Origin: a virus
Reading direction: 5' to 3' (one strand)
Virus record (IMG/VR): IMGVR_UViG_3300041407_000094
Span: 1-64,000 of that record
Length of the DNA: 64,000 nucleotides
Every line of letters starts with the position of its first letter. Position 1 is the first letter of the stretch. The position numbers and the translations under genes were made by a program. Shown here one piece after another: positions 18,728 through 29,151 of the stretch. The notes beneath the pieces were generated by a model that saw nothing but the letters and a program-made list of their open reading frames with translations, ran no database searches and was not told the origin of the DNA.

Positions 18728-19360
18728 ATGATTAGGGAGAAGCATTACGGAATAGGGATTAATGATGCTGATTGGCCATTATATACTTATGAAATAGTGG
18801 GGAATAAAAAGAAAAGAATTGGGATTTGCCCGTTTTATATGCGATGGGTTACAGTTTTAAGTAGATGCTACTCACCAAAGGAGTTAAAAAGGAATCCATC
18901 ATATCTTGGCTGTGGTGTTTGCGACGAGTGGAGATACCTTTCAAATTTCAGGTCTTGGATGGAAACTCAGGATTGGGAAGGTAATCAATTAGATAAAGAC
19001 TTGCTTGTCAGGGGTAATAAAACTTATAGCCCTGAAACTTGTGTATTTGTATCACAAGACGTTAATAAATTTTTAACTGATCGTGCTAATGACAGAGGGG
19101 CTTTTCCGATTGGTGTTTATTTTGAAAAAGATTCTGGTAAATATAAAGCTCAAGGAAGCGGTGGTGTAGGGAAGCGTATAAATTTAGGCCGTTTTGGTAC
19201 TCCAGAAGAAGCTCATAAAGCATGGCTAACCTTTAAATTAGAACAAGCTTACGTGTTAGCCGAACGACAATCTGATGAGAGGGTCGCCAAGGCTTTGATT
19301 GATCGCTACGAAAATTATGTGATGGCTTTCTCAATTACTGAGGATACTGCAAATGACTGA
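18728..19360 (+). CDS. HNH homing endonuclease
   Basis: CPFYMRW..VLSRCY, LDKDLL..GNKTYSPETCVFV family motifs. Confidence 0.88.
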   Translation: MIREKHYGIGINDADWPLYTYEIVGNKKKRIGICPFYMRWVTVLSRCYSPKELKRNPSYLGCGVCDEWRYLSNFRSWMETQDWEGNQLDKDLLVRGNKTYSPETCVFVSQDVNKFLTDRANDRGAFPIGVYFEKDSGKYKAQGSGGVGKRINLGRFGTPEEAHKAWLTFKLEQAYVLAERQSDERVAKALIDRYENYVMAFSITEDTAND

Positions 19361-19495
19361 ATATGATCGCTGGCTAGATGATGGCATGGAAGACTGGTAT
19401 TGTGACGGTGAAGAAGTACTAGAGGGTGTATATGATGAACCCGATGTAGAACCAAACACTGATTACGATAACTATGACGGCTGGGATGACATGCA

Positions 19496-19780
19496 ATGAC
19501 TAAAGAAAAAGAAATTGTATCGGTTGTAGTTTCTTATGAAGACTTCACTAGCTATGATCACATACCGATTGGGAATTTCTACTTCAAAACTGCTATGGGA
19601 GATATCATTTATTTGAAGACTTCTCAACGTGAGTTGGCCCAAGAATGGATTGATGACTACGCTGGTGTTAAAGGTAAATATGTAGCAATTCCTTCCAAGG
19701 TGTTTAAGACTAAATCTAGACAGGAGAATGGACTCAGTACTGCCACAGGAACTAGTACTAGACGCGGGCAATCTAAATGA
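19496..19780 (+). CDS. Hypothetical protein
   Basis: Coupled ORF. Confidence 0.65.
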   Translation: MTKEKEIVSVVVSYEDFTSYDHIPIGNFYFKTAMGDIIYLKTSQRELAQEWIDDYAGVKGKYVAIPSKVFKTKSRQENGLSTATGTSTRRGQSK

Positions 19781-20265
19781 AGCTTAAACATCAGCTCATG
19801 TATATGAGGATTGCAGAGGCCGCTGCTGAAACATCGTCTGCTGTCAGACTCAAGGTTGGTTGCTGTTTGGTTAAGAATAATGCAGTGATTGCAGTATCAT
19901 ATAATGGACTGCCAAGTTTTCTAGATGGACCTATTGAGGATAAAGTATATCTTGCGGGAGGCGGAGCTTGGCTAGATCCTGATGAGATACTTGAAACTTA
20001 TCCTTACAAAGATGATGTGGATAGATATAAATTAGTTACCAAAAAAGAATGTAGGCATGCGGAGAAGAATAGTCTTCTAGCTTTGTCTAAGAGTAACGAG
20101 AGTGCAACCGGGGCTTCGCTCTTCTGTACTCACGCATGTTGCGAACTTTGTTCGATTGATATCATTGACAGTGGAATCGTAAAGGTCTATTATCGTAACG
20201 AGTACCGAAGCACAGAAGGGTTGGAGTATCTTCGGGCAAACAATATTGAAGTAATTAAAATTTAA
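19777..20265 (+). CDS. dCMP deaminase
   Basis: KVGC, YNG, HAEKN, THACCELC zinc motifs. Confidence 0.9.
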   Translation: MKLKHQLMYMRIAEAAAETSSAVRLKVGCCLVKNNAVIAVSYNGLPSFLDGPIEDKVYLAGGGAWLDPDEILETYPYKDDVDRYKLVTKKECRHAEKNSLLALSKSNESATGASLFCTHACCELCSIDIIDSGIVKVYYRNEYRSTEGLEYLRANNIEVIKI

Positions 20266-20275
20266 GGAGAAGAAA

Positions 20276-20899
20276 ATGCATAGCAATGAATCGAGCTGGA
20301 ATCCCGACGAAATCGTAGACACTAAATCTTTACAACTATTCACCCTTCGTGAATTTATGAAGTGTCTTAATTATGAATTTGTTGAAGGAAATCTATGGTC
20401 CAACCCATTCTTTCACTCATCTCACCATTCTAATAAAGGTCGTAATATTATTGGTTTTGTTGGAGCCCTGAAACTTTATAACGGGAATAGTGTTAAGTGT
20501 GTATTCGGTAAGCCACCAGAAAAGCTCAGCTTGTGGTCATTCAATGATTATCAAATTGCTAAAGCTAAGGCTTCACGTATCCTTGTCCGGTTGAAGCTGC
20601 AACTGTGTAAGTCTACCAAAACTATTTTGGTTCAGGACCACCGAGTGGAATTTACTTTAAAAAGTTATTCTAGACTCTTTCTTTCGAATAAATATTTGGG
20701 GTGATGTATGGAGCATCGTACTATCGCCTTGCTTTTTAGTAACTCACATTGGATGTGGTCTGAAGACTACCACTTTGGTAATCACAAAGACCTTGGGAAG
20801 TTCGTTGAAGTGTTCTTCACAAAAGGCTTCTCTGATCGTGAGGTTGATGAAGTCGTGAGGGATTACTATTCGGCAAACTGTGAGCATCTTTTTGACTAA
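20276..20899 (+). other. Two hypothetical ORFs (20276-20704, 20708-20899)
   Basis: RBS and coupling. Confidence 0.6.
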
Positions 20900-20904
20900 T
20901 TCTA

Positions 20905-20944
20905 AGGCTCGGGACTTGACTGTCTCGGGCTTTTATTTTATCAT
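20905..20944 (+). promoter_or_regulatory. Fused terminator/promoter
   Basis: Hairpin with TTGACT in the loop, followed by T-tract; TTGACT-17-TATCAT. Confidence 0.65.
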
Positions 20945-20973
20945 TGGTTTACTAATTTAAAGGAGCACAACAA

Positions 20974-21300
20974 TTGGCTAACGTTTGGTTTACATCAGAC
21001 CTACACCTAGGTCACAAGAATATTGCAAACTTCCGCACTCAGTTTGAATCTGAACTTCACCATAGGGAAGTAATTAAAGAGAATTACCACAAGGTCGTCA
21101 CTAAACGTGATAAAGTGTACTTTCTTGGTGATGTGGCGTTTACACAGGAAACTCTAAAAGATGTTGGTACTTGGGTTGCTGAGAAGAAAGTACTGATTGT
21201 AGGTAATCATTGTATTGACAACATCAAGATGTCAGAAGTATGCAAACACTTTGATGAAGTGTACAGCCTTAAAAAGTACAAAGAAACGGTTGAATATTGA
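20974..21300 (+). pseudogene. Calcineurin-like metallophosphoesterase, apparently C-terminally truncated
   Basis: SDLHLGH, LGDV, GNH motifs present; the later H and GHxH motifs are absent; only 108 aa. Confidence 0.6.
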
Positions 21301-21315
21301 AGAGAAGGTTTACAA

Positions 21316-22626
21316 ATGAATAAAGCAAAACTAAAGAAAGACCTAGAACTAATCCACCGCCACCTAACACGGGCAGAAGTTGTGATGGAAAAGATAGCCA
21401 CAAAGCTTGGCATTGACAGACACGAATACTTAGAGAAAACTCTATACGAAGTGGAAGAGTTGCTGAAAATGTTTGAAGACAACGGACCACCAAAGACCCA
21501 CTAGGCCTTGTTTAGTTACTTAGTGGACATCATAAAGACTTTTAGAGAACATTTGCAATGGTAGGATTAGTTAAACAACGTCTAGCTTGGGAAGCAGAAT
21601 TTGCATTAGGTGCTGAGACAGACTTCGTAGCTTTCAAAGAATATAAGGAAAAGAGATTGTCTGAAGATTTCAGACTGTCAAGTTATATGGAAAAGCATTT
21701 TGAATATGTGATTAACTTAGAACGACGGCTTAAATTGAAGGAGAAAGAAGATGAGTAATCCAAACTTTACACCGATTACAGACGCTCAACGAGAGCAGGC
21801 TAAACAACAACGTCTAGCTGACCAAGAGTTTGCCCGTAATAACTTAAAAGTAACATACATGGACCAACCACACTGGGTGACATTGGCTTCAAAATATAAT
21901 TGCAAACTGCCGATGTGGTGGAAGCCCTCTAGTGATGTGAAATACCTTAGGCGAGTGGCCAAGAAAGCTAATTTTGATTTGAATGTGTTCGTAGAAAGTA
22001 CAGGCTGTTCTAATATCAAAGAATATGCTGACTTAAACTCAAATTGGAGCGTTCTTGGACTGGTTGGTACTCTACTTGAGTTTATTGATGAGCAAAAGAG
22101 CTTAGAATCAAGCGCATGTACTACAAGTTAAGGGAGTTTTAGGGGTATAAAACTATGATCTCTGTTTCAAAGCTGTGGGATCAGGGTTGTAAAGACACGA
22201 AGTTTCTGATATGATATATTTCCAATGAAAGGAGTAATAAAATGTTTATAATTCTATATCTCGCAATAACTTTAGTAATGCTGTATAGCGAAGCACTCGA
22301 TTGCTACAGAACTAAAGTGAAATTCAATATCCTCGGTAGTTTGTTGTTCTCCTTTGCTTGGATTATATCCCTACCTTGGTCTATTTATAGTATTTGGGCT
22401 GTTCAACAGAAAGATACAAACTGAGTAACTTGGTGGGGTGTAAATAATGACCAAACAATATTCCCATGACAGAGAAGTGATCAAAGACTTCATCCGCTTC
22501 CTGTCAGATGAGCATAAGTGTGCAGTGGTGTGTTTTCCTGATGAATTTGCAGCCAACAGTTATGTGAACTATAAGTTTATTAACGTTTCAGATATCTTGG
22601 AAGAGTTTTTGGAGGGGAGAAAGTAG
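21316..22626 (+). other. Small hypothetical ORFs (21316, 21558, 21751, 22242 [membrane], ~22448)
   Basis: RBSs and co-orientation. Confidence 0.6.
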
Positions 22627-23459
22627 TGAGCATTCAAATGAATAACCAAACAATCGTGTTAGGGAATCAGTCCATGTACGTTTCAATTAAGCCGGGGAAG
22701 CTTGGGGCTGTCCCACTTTTGATAATGAATGGTATAGGAGCGAATACTGGTCTGCTGACTCCGTTTGTTGAAGCTATGCACGAATCAAATCCTGAACTTG
22801 AGATTATTACTTTTGATGTGCCGGGGTGTGGTGGATCTTCTGTTCCCTCTTTTCCATACCGATTCAGTGGTTTGGCTAAAACAGTAAGTCAGGTACTTGA
22901 CTATTTGAACTATGGGCAAGTTGATGTACTTGGCCTATCATGGGGTGGATTTTTGGCGTCGCAGTTCGCATACGATTACCCACAACGTTGTAAGAAACTA
23001 ATACTATGCGCGACGGCCACTGGCGTTACATCCGTTCCACCTAGTTTTAAGGTGTTGTCGCTGATGGCTTCGCCTAGACGCTACTCTGACTCAGCTTATA
23101 TGATCGAGATTGCTCCTCTAATCTACGGTGGAAAATTCCGCTCTGATCCTGAGCTAGCAATTAAGTATGCACGGAAGATGGAAGCTAATAGGTCTGAAAA
23201 TAAAGCTAACACCGCTGGATACAAGTTTCAACAGCTAGCAATTTGTTGGTGGAGCAGCATGTGGATGCTTCCTTGTATTAAACAACCTACACTTCTGATT
23301 GGTGGTAGCGATGATCCAATCATACCGTTAGTGAATATGAAGATTATGAAAGGACTTATTCCTAATTCAAAGCTTCATGTGGTGGACGATGGACACCTTT
23401 TCCTACTCTGTTCAACTGATGTGGTAACACCTATTATTAATGAATTCTTGGAGGGTTAG
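22626..23459 (+). CDS. phaZ: Poly(3-hydroxyalkanoate) depolymerase, intracellular mcl-PHA type alpha/beta hydrolase
   Basis: NGIGAN oxyanion loop, FDVPG.GGS, PYRF.GLAK, lipase box GLSWG, CKKL, MASPRRY, IAP.IYGG, DDPIIP (Asp), DDGHLFL (His); collinear with Pseudomonas PhaZ as recalled. Confidence 0.9.
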   Translation: MSIQMNNQTIVLGNQSMYVSIKPGKLGAVPLLIMNGIGANTGLLTPFVEAMHESNPELEIITFDVPGCGGSSVPSFPYRFSGLAKTVSQVLDYLNYGQVDVLGLSWGGFLASQFAYDYPQRCKKLILCATATGVTSVPPSFKVLSLMASPRRYSDSAYMIEIAPLIYGGKFRSDPELAIKYARKMEANRSENKANTAGYKFQQLAICWWSSMWMLPCIKQPTLLIGGSDDPIIPLVNMKIMKGLIPNSKLHVVDDGHLFLLCSTDVVTPIINEFLEG

Positions 23460-23846
23460 ATGATAATTGAATATGCTAGAATACTCTCACCTCCAATGTG
23501 CAGGCGATATCCAGAGAAGATATACATCTATGGTGATAACTTAAAAGCCTTCGGTAAAGGAGGGCAAGCTATCATCCGTGATGAGCCTAATGCTTTGGGT
23601 ATCCCAACTAAACGATACCCTTCTTGGGATGATTGGGCATTCTTTAGTGATAAACCAGATGAAATTGAAGCTGTAAAGATATCCCTACGTGAATTGTGGA
23701 AGGTTGCACAAGACAAAGTGATTGTATTCCCTGAAGATGGTATTGGAACAGGAAGGGCTAAGATGAAAGAGAAATCTCCTGTTGCTTATGAGATGATGTG
23801 TGGTATATTGTGGGAACATTTTGGTATTGTTAATGGAGGAAAATAA
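23460..23846 (+). CDS. Conserved phage protein (YGDNL...GGQA.IR...NA.GIPTK family)
   Basis: Motif familiar from lytic phages; function unknown. Confidence 0.7.
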   Translation: MIIEYARILSPPMCRRYPEKIYIYGDNLKAFGKGGQAIIRDEPNALGIPTKRYPSWDDWAFFSDKPDEIEAVKISLRELWKVAQDKVIVFPEDGIGTGRAKMKEKSPVAYEMMCGILWEHFGIVNGGK

Positions 23847-26167
23847 TGACAAACCCTGAACGCTGTTCATGTGGAGCTAGGGAGAAGAATAAGTGCAGTG
23901 AGGAGAGTGAACATGGAACTGGGAAGATGTGTTTGAAGGATGAAGATAAGGTCATAGTGAAGAAAGGTAGGATTAGGATTAAACAAGGTTGGGGAATCTA
24001 TATACTGTCGAATGTCGGCTTAGTTGGTGGCTGCCCTTTTGGTGGTACATGGGGTATACCAGCTATTTTGATGTTGCACAGAACCATATAAAGTGGATTG
24101 AGGAGAATATACTGTGAACCAAACAATTGAAGACAGGATGCAAGCTGTAGAAGATCAACTGAAAGAAATTCGTAAAGAATTGGAGGAGAGTTTGGCGAGG
24201 TATAAGGATAAAGAAGACCCTCTTGCAAACTACAATCTGCACACAGCAAACCCTAACCTCCCTGTGTGGGATGCATCTACTTACTATAGGGAAGGCTGTC
24301 TTGTAAAATGGCCTGATGGTGGTATAATGAAAGCTAAGATTAATACCATATCAAATATTGAAGATTGGTATGACCCTGCAAAATGTGATATACATGGAAA
24401 CATGGTTGAGAAGATCAAATGAAACCTAACGGCTGCAATGAAGATGGTTGGGACTTATTCGAACAGCAGACTAAAGAAGAGTTTGAACATTATGCTGTTC
24501 GTAGGGGATATGATATAACACGAGACAGTGAATACAGCTTCTTCTATGCTGATAAGCGTACAGCGGATGCTTGGGAGATGTATCATCAGGGTCATGTTAG
24601 CGGGAGGGTGTGGAATGATTGAACATTACACAAAAGAGGGTGGACATTTCAAAGTAGGGTTGTCTGCCAATAGCAACCACATACTCTTGCAGATTCAGAA
24701 TAAGTATGGAGATCAAGCAAGAGAAGCACTCACTAGTACAGAGGCTGAACATGTTGCTTTGCTATTACTGGACTACGTAAAGGAATTAAAGAATGAAACC
24801 AATAATCCTTAAAACACCAGAAGGGCTATATGTCTGTGAAATACCAATTGAGAATGAACCAGAAGATGGGGCATCTGATAGAACGTGGTGGATATGGGCA
24901 GCAACAGGAGTTGGTAGTAGTCCAGTAGAGGCTTATGATAGGTGGGTACTTGACTATGAGTCACAATTGGAGGATAAGGTGTGATGAACAAAGACACAAT
25001 TATGGATTTCATCGAATGGCTTGAAGATGAAAAGAATGTTTATCTTGTAGATATGTACTACCACAATAAAGAGGGTACAGGGATGTTTGATTCACTGGAT
25101 GAAGTGAGAAGTCTGGTGGATGAGTTTGCAAAGTTGCCGTCTGTCGGATACATAGACACAGCCTTGTAAACGCAGATTTAAGCTGATATAATCATTTCAT
25201 AGCATCAAAGCTATACGGACAATCTTGTCCTGAATATTATTTGGAGATTTAAATATGACAACTTACCACGTAGAACTTACAGGCCATTGCGATGTGATTG
25301 TAGAGGCTAATAGTGAGCAAGAGGCATTTGATCGTGCTGTAGCTCGCATTCCTTCGTCTTCCTTGAGTATCGAGACAGCAGAAGTGAAGGGTGTGTTGGA
25401 AGGTGAAGCTTTGAAACAGGCTTATCGTTATTTTCCTGAGCATTTGGCTATGGTGGATACAGAAGTGTTTGAGAAGGAAGAGAATTTTGTATTGTACACC
25501 AAGGAAATGCAAGATGCTGATGCGCTTGATGCTGACAAGATTTATAAAGAGCTTTCTGCACGTAAATCCGCTGGTGAAACTCTTGATTGGATTGATGAAG
25601 AGTTCCTTGAGCAACATTCTTACATCAACGGTTTGGTAGAAGAACTTATTCCAAAGCAAGAGAGTTACAAAGATAAGATGATGGCTTGTTTTGATGAGGA
25701 TGATAATTTTGTTGGCTTGGTTGGTCAACAAGAGAATGGTACTTATAAGATTTTGAAGAAATGAAACAGTCTCGTGAACAAGCAAAGCAACGATATGCTG
25801 AACGTTCAGTGGATGAGCAGATATCTGATGCTATCAACAGTATGGAGAGTATTTACGAGACAATGGTAAATCAACCTGAGTGGTTGAATAACCCAAGTGA
25901 AGAATATATTGAAGGATTTAAGTTTGCCATGAATATGATGAATAGTCGATTCTTTCCAGAGGATGTAATTAAATGACTGTAAGTGAATATGAAGATTTCA
26001 AACCCACCGTAGAAGATTTGATGTTGGCTCAGAGAGTAATTATGGCATCTCACAAGCAACTTATGAGGGAGTGGTCAGATGGTGATCTTGGGCAAAACCA
26101 AGACCCTGAAATCTTCCGACTAAAAGAGTCTTTGCTTGTTGCCCATGCCACACTTATGTTGTTTTAA
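23846..26167 (+). other. Cluster of small hypothetical ORFs (23846, 24114, 24419, ~24615, 24793, 24981, 25255, 25761, 25973)
   Basis: Overlapping start/stop junctions and RBSs. Confidence 0.65.
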
Positions 26168-26226
26168 TTTATAATATCCTCACATTTCTTAATTGATTTG
26201 TGGGGTGCTTTTATTTTGGAGGGGTT

Positions 26227-26832
26227 ATGGCATATAGGATTATACAAGGTGTAGGCATTAATGATGCCGGCTATGTAGTTAATAAGACGGACAGTCTAGG
26301 TAGGAGGGTTAGGTGTCCATTCTATGTTAAGTGGGCAGCGATGCTAGAACGATGCTACTCTGAGTCTTTTCATAAAACCAATCCAAGCTACGTAGGGTGT
26401 TCTGTGCATCCCAACTGGCACAGGTTCAGTAACTTCAAAGCTTGGATGGAACAGCAAGATTGGGAAGGGAAACACTTGGACAAAGATCTACTAATTATTA
26501 ACAATAGAATATATTCCCCTGAAACTTGCGTTTTTGTTAGTGGTGCGGTTAATAACTTTACTCTTGATGGTGGCAACCAGAAAAGTGGACTACCGATGGG
26601 AGTATCACTAGACAAGAGCTATGTTCCGTTGATGTACAAGGCACAGTGCAGGAGTGTTATAAGTGGGAAGAATGAGACTGTGGGCCGTTCACCAAACCCA
26701 GATATTGCACACAAAGCATGGTTAGCAGCTAAGCTAGAACAAGCTTACATCCTTGCAGAACAACAAACAGATAAGCGTGTAGCTGAAGCTTTGATTGATA
26801 GGTATGAAAATTATAAGGAGTATTTTGGTTGA
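26227..26832 (+). CDS. HNH homing endonuclease, paralogue of 18728
   Basis: GVGINDA, CPFYVKW..MLERCY, LDKDLL...YSPETCVFV; ATG at 26227 after GGAGG. Confidence 0.88.
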   Translation: MAYRIIQGVGINDAGYVVNKTDSLGRRVRCPFYVKWAAMLERCYSESFHKTNPSYVGCSVHPNWHRFSNFKAWMEQQDWEGKHLDKDLLIINNRIYSPETCVFVSGAVNNFTLDGGNQKSGLPMGVSLDKSYVPLMYKAQCRSVISGKNETVGRSPNPDIAHKAWLAAKLEQAYILAEQQTDKRVAEALIDRYENYKEYFG

Positions 26833-28067
26833 CAGACATACAAATCGTAGATGCAATATGTGGTGCAGGTAAAACAACTTGGGTGTTTGATCATATGCGC
26901 AGGCATCCAGATAAGAAGTGGATATTTGTAAGTCCATATCTAGACGAAGCTGGTGATGGTGAACACAAAGGTCGTATTCAAGAAGAGCTTCCTGAGTTTG
27001 GATTTAGATCACCATCTAGCACACCAAGTAAAACAAAAGACTTCTTACGCCTTGCACAGAAAGGAAAGAACATTGCTATTACCCACAAACTGTTCACAGG
27101 CTTTAGTCCTGAAGTGGCATTGGTTTTGAAGGAACAGAAATACCATCTTGTGATTGATGAAACTATAGACCTTGTTTCATTCTATGAAGACATCAGCCAC
27201 GAGGATGTTAAGTTTCTTATTCTTGCCGGAATGGTTAAGTGTGGTGATAAAGGACTCCTTACATGGAATAATGAGCTATGGCCTAATTATACAGGTAGGG
27301 ATATTAGAATCAAAGAACTCTGCGAACTAGGTTGTCTGTGGCTTTACGGAGAGAATGTATTGATTCAACGTATCCCACCAACTTGTATGAAAGCTTGTGA
27401 ATCTGTTATCATCCTTACCTATTTGTTTGAAGCCAGTCTTATGCACTGCTGGATGCAGCTCAATGAAATGGACTGGAGATACTTACAACCACAAGAGATG
27501 AGGTTAACATCAGACATAAAGAAGATAATCAGAAACAAGATACATCTGATTGAACCTCCTAAACTTGTAAAGGACTTGCAACGTACTGAATACGGAGCAC
27601 CAATACTCAATCCATTCAATGTCACTTGGTACAAGGATAATGAACCAATACTAGAAAGAGTTAAGAAGAGTATTGAAAGCACACTGAAAGATGATATGGA
27701 TAAGGGTAATGTCTTCTGGACAACCTTTAAAGAATGGGAGTCAGACCTTGCAGGTGTAGGTTATAAGAGATCTAGGAAAGTAGAAGGTAAACTTAGAAAA
27801 CCCTTTGTACCTAAGAATATGAGAGCTTCTAACGAATACAGAGATTGTACTAACTGTATTTACACAATCAATATCTATCCTCATGGTAGTTTAGAAAGCC
27901 ACTTGAGGGCATTTGGTATTGTGCTAGATAGAGATCTGTATGCATTGTCTGAAGTCGTTCAGTTTATCTTTAGGGGCAGTATTAGGGAACATAAAGACAT
28001 GTACCTCTATATCTTATCGGATAGAATGAGGACTTTAGTGAGTAATTGGTTACAAGAGGATTACTAA
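26829..28067 (+). CDS. SF2 helicase-like protein, possibly origin-binding
   Basis: DAICGAGKT (Walker A), SPYLDE, ITHKLF, LVIDE (Walker B), QFIFRGSIR (motif VI). Confidence 0.8.
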   Translation: MTDIQIVDAICGAGKTTWVFDHMRRHPDKKWIFVSPYLDEAGDGEHKGRIQEELPEFGFRSPSSTPSKTKDFLRLAQKGKNIAITHKLFTGFSPEVALVLKEQKYHLVIDETIDLVSFYEDISHEDVKFLILAGMVKCGDKGLLTWNNELWPNYTGRDIRIKELCELGCLWLYGENVLIQRIPPTCMKACESVIILTYLFEASLMHCWMQLNEMDWRYLQPQEMRLTSDIKKIIRNKIHLIEPPKLVKDLQRTEYGAPILNPFNVTWYKDNEPILERVKKSIESTLKDDMDKGNVFWTTFKEWESDLAGVGYKRSRKVEGKLRKPFVPKNMRASNEYRDCTNCIYTINIYPHGSLESHLRAFGIVLDRDLYALSEVVQFIFRGSIREHKDMYLYILSDRMRTLVSNWLQEDY

Positions 28068-28769
28068 TCTCATATCTAGTATTGGTGTTTACTCTAATTG
28101 GAATACGTTCGAGATGGAGTAAAATATCTACACCCCTTGTAAACAAAGGCTTTCACAGCAAAACCCCTTATAGATTTTATATTAACAAAATATAGGTTGG
28201 TAACTTAATATCACCAACTCCCCTCTGGAATAGGACTAGCTTTCAACTAGTAGTCCTAATTTTCTGTATCTTAAATATGTGTAAGATCCTTATAAGCCTT
28301 TGAAATTACTAGATATTTAGACTAGGTGTTTAGCAAGGGTAACACACCCCGTTTTAACATGCAAGAGGAATTTAAAATATTGGAGACTTCGCCGACGAAC
28401 GGTCTACCTAGACTGCATGCACCTATCGTACCAACTAAACTACCACCTGTCGCCTAAACTAAATGTCTTGACAGGAGCACTGACCTATGGATGTAACAGC
28501 TTAGCTTGCTATGGGAACGTGTAACATGGATTATGTTCAAGTAATACTATAACACTACTGACCAGTCACCCTGAACAGACTACATATGTCAACCATAATA
28601 ATCTCCTCTGCACAACTAGCACACTTCACTAGCTTAAGTCAATGTATTGTGATGTTTGTGAGCAAGGATTGGCTAAGAGATGGGTGGAATGGAATCGTTA
28701 CAGGGGGAAGCAGCGACAAGAGCGTCTGTGCTTAACTACCAAAGGTAGTCTCGCATACTTACAGATGAC

Positions 28770-28863
28770 TATAAAGTGACTAAAACACTCTTATCAGTCA
28801 CATTGGAGACTAAGTAGAATAAAGCTTTGACAGGATTTGTTAGTGTTTATAAAGTGACTAAAA
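28770..28863 (+). repeat. 16-bp direct repeat TATAAAGTGACTAAAA
   Basis: Exact copies at 28770-28785 and 28848-28863. Confidence 0.85.
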
Positions 28864-28894
28864 GAAGAGGTGTAGTCATATTTAAGACAACATA

Positions 28895-28916
28895 AAGCCG
28901 ACTCTTTAGTCGGCTT
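28895..28916 (-). terminator. Intrinsic terminator for the minus-strand block
   Basis: AAGCCGACT-4 nt-AGTCGGCTT hairpin followed by T-rich sequence on the minus strand. Confidence 0.65.
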
Positions 28917-29122
28917 AGAATTACCCTGCTAGAGTGTCAGACTACAACTTCCTTCACTAACCAGTCTTCAGGATCGTCTACAGACTGTTTGACTATCTCC
29001 ACAGCCTGCTGTGCAGTACTGGCTTGAACAGCCTGAGAGTGGGTGACAGAGCTGAACTGGTTGATTAGGGTGATTGTATAAGTAGTCATTTTGTTTAATC
29101 TCTGTTTGTCTTTGGTGTTTAG

Positions 29123-29151
29123 AGTGTAGCCCTCTTTCGAGGGCTTGTAAA
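29123..29151 (-). promoter_or_regulatory. Sigma70 promoter with palindromic spacer
   Basis: TTTACA-AGCCCTCGAAAGAGGGC-TACACT. Confidence 0.75.

Larger units (their letters stand above)
28068..28920. other. Long non-coding region at the convergence of two blocks; candidate replication origin or genome-terminus region
   Basis: No ORF of 60 aa or more; internal direct and inverted repeats. Confidence 0.5.
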
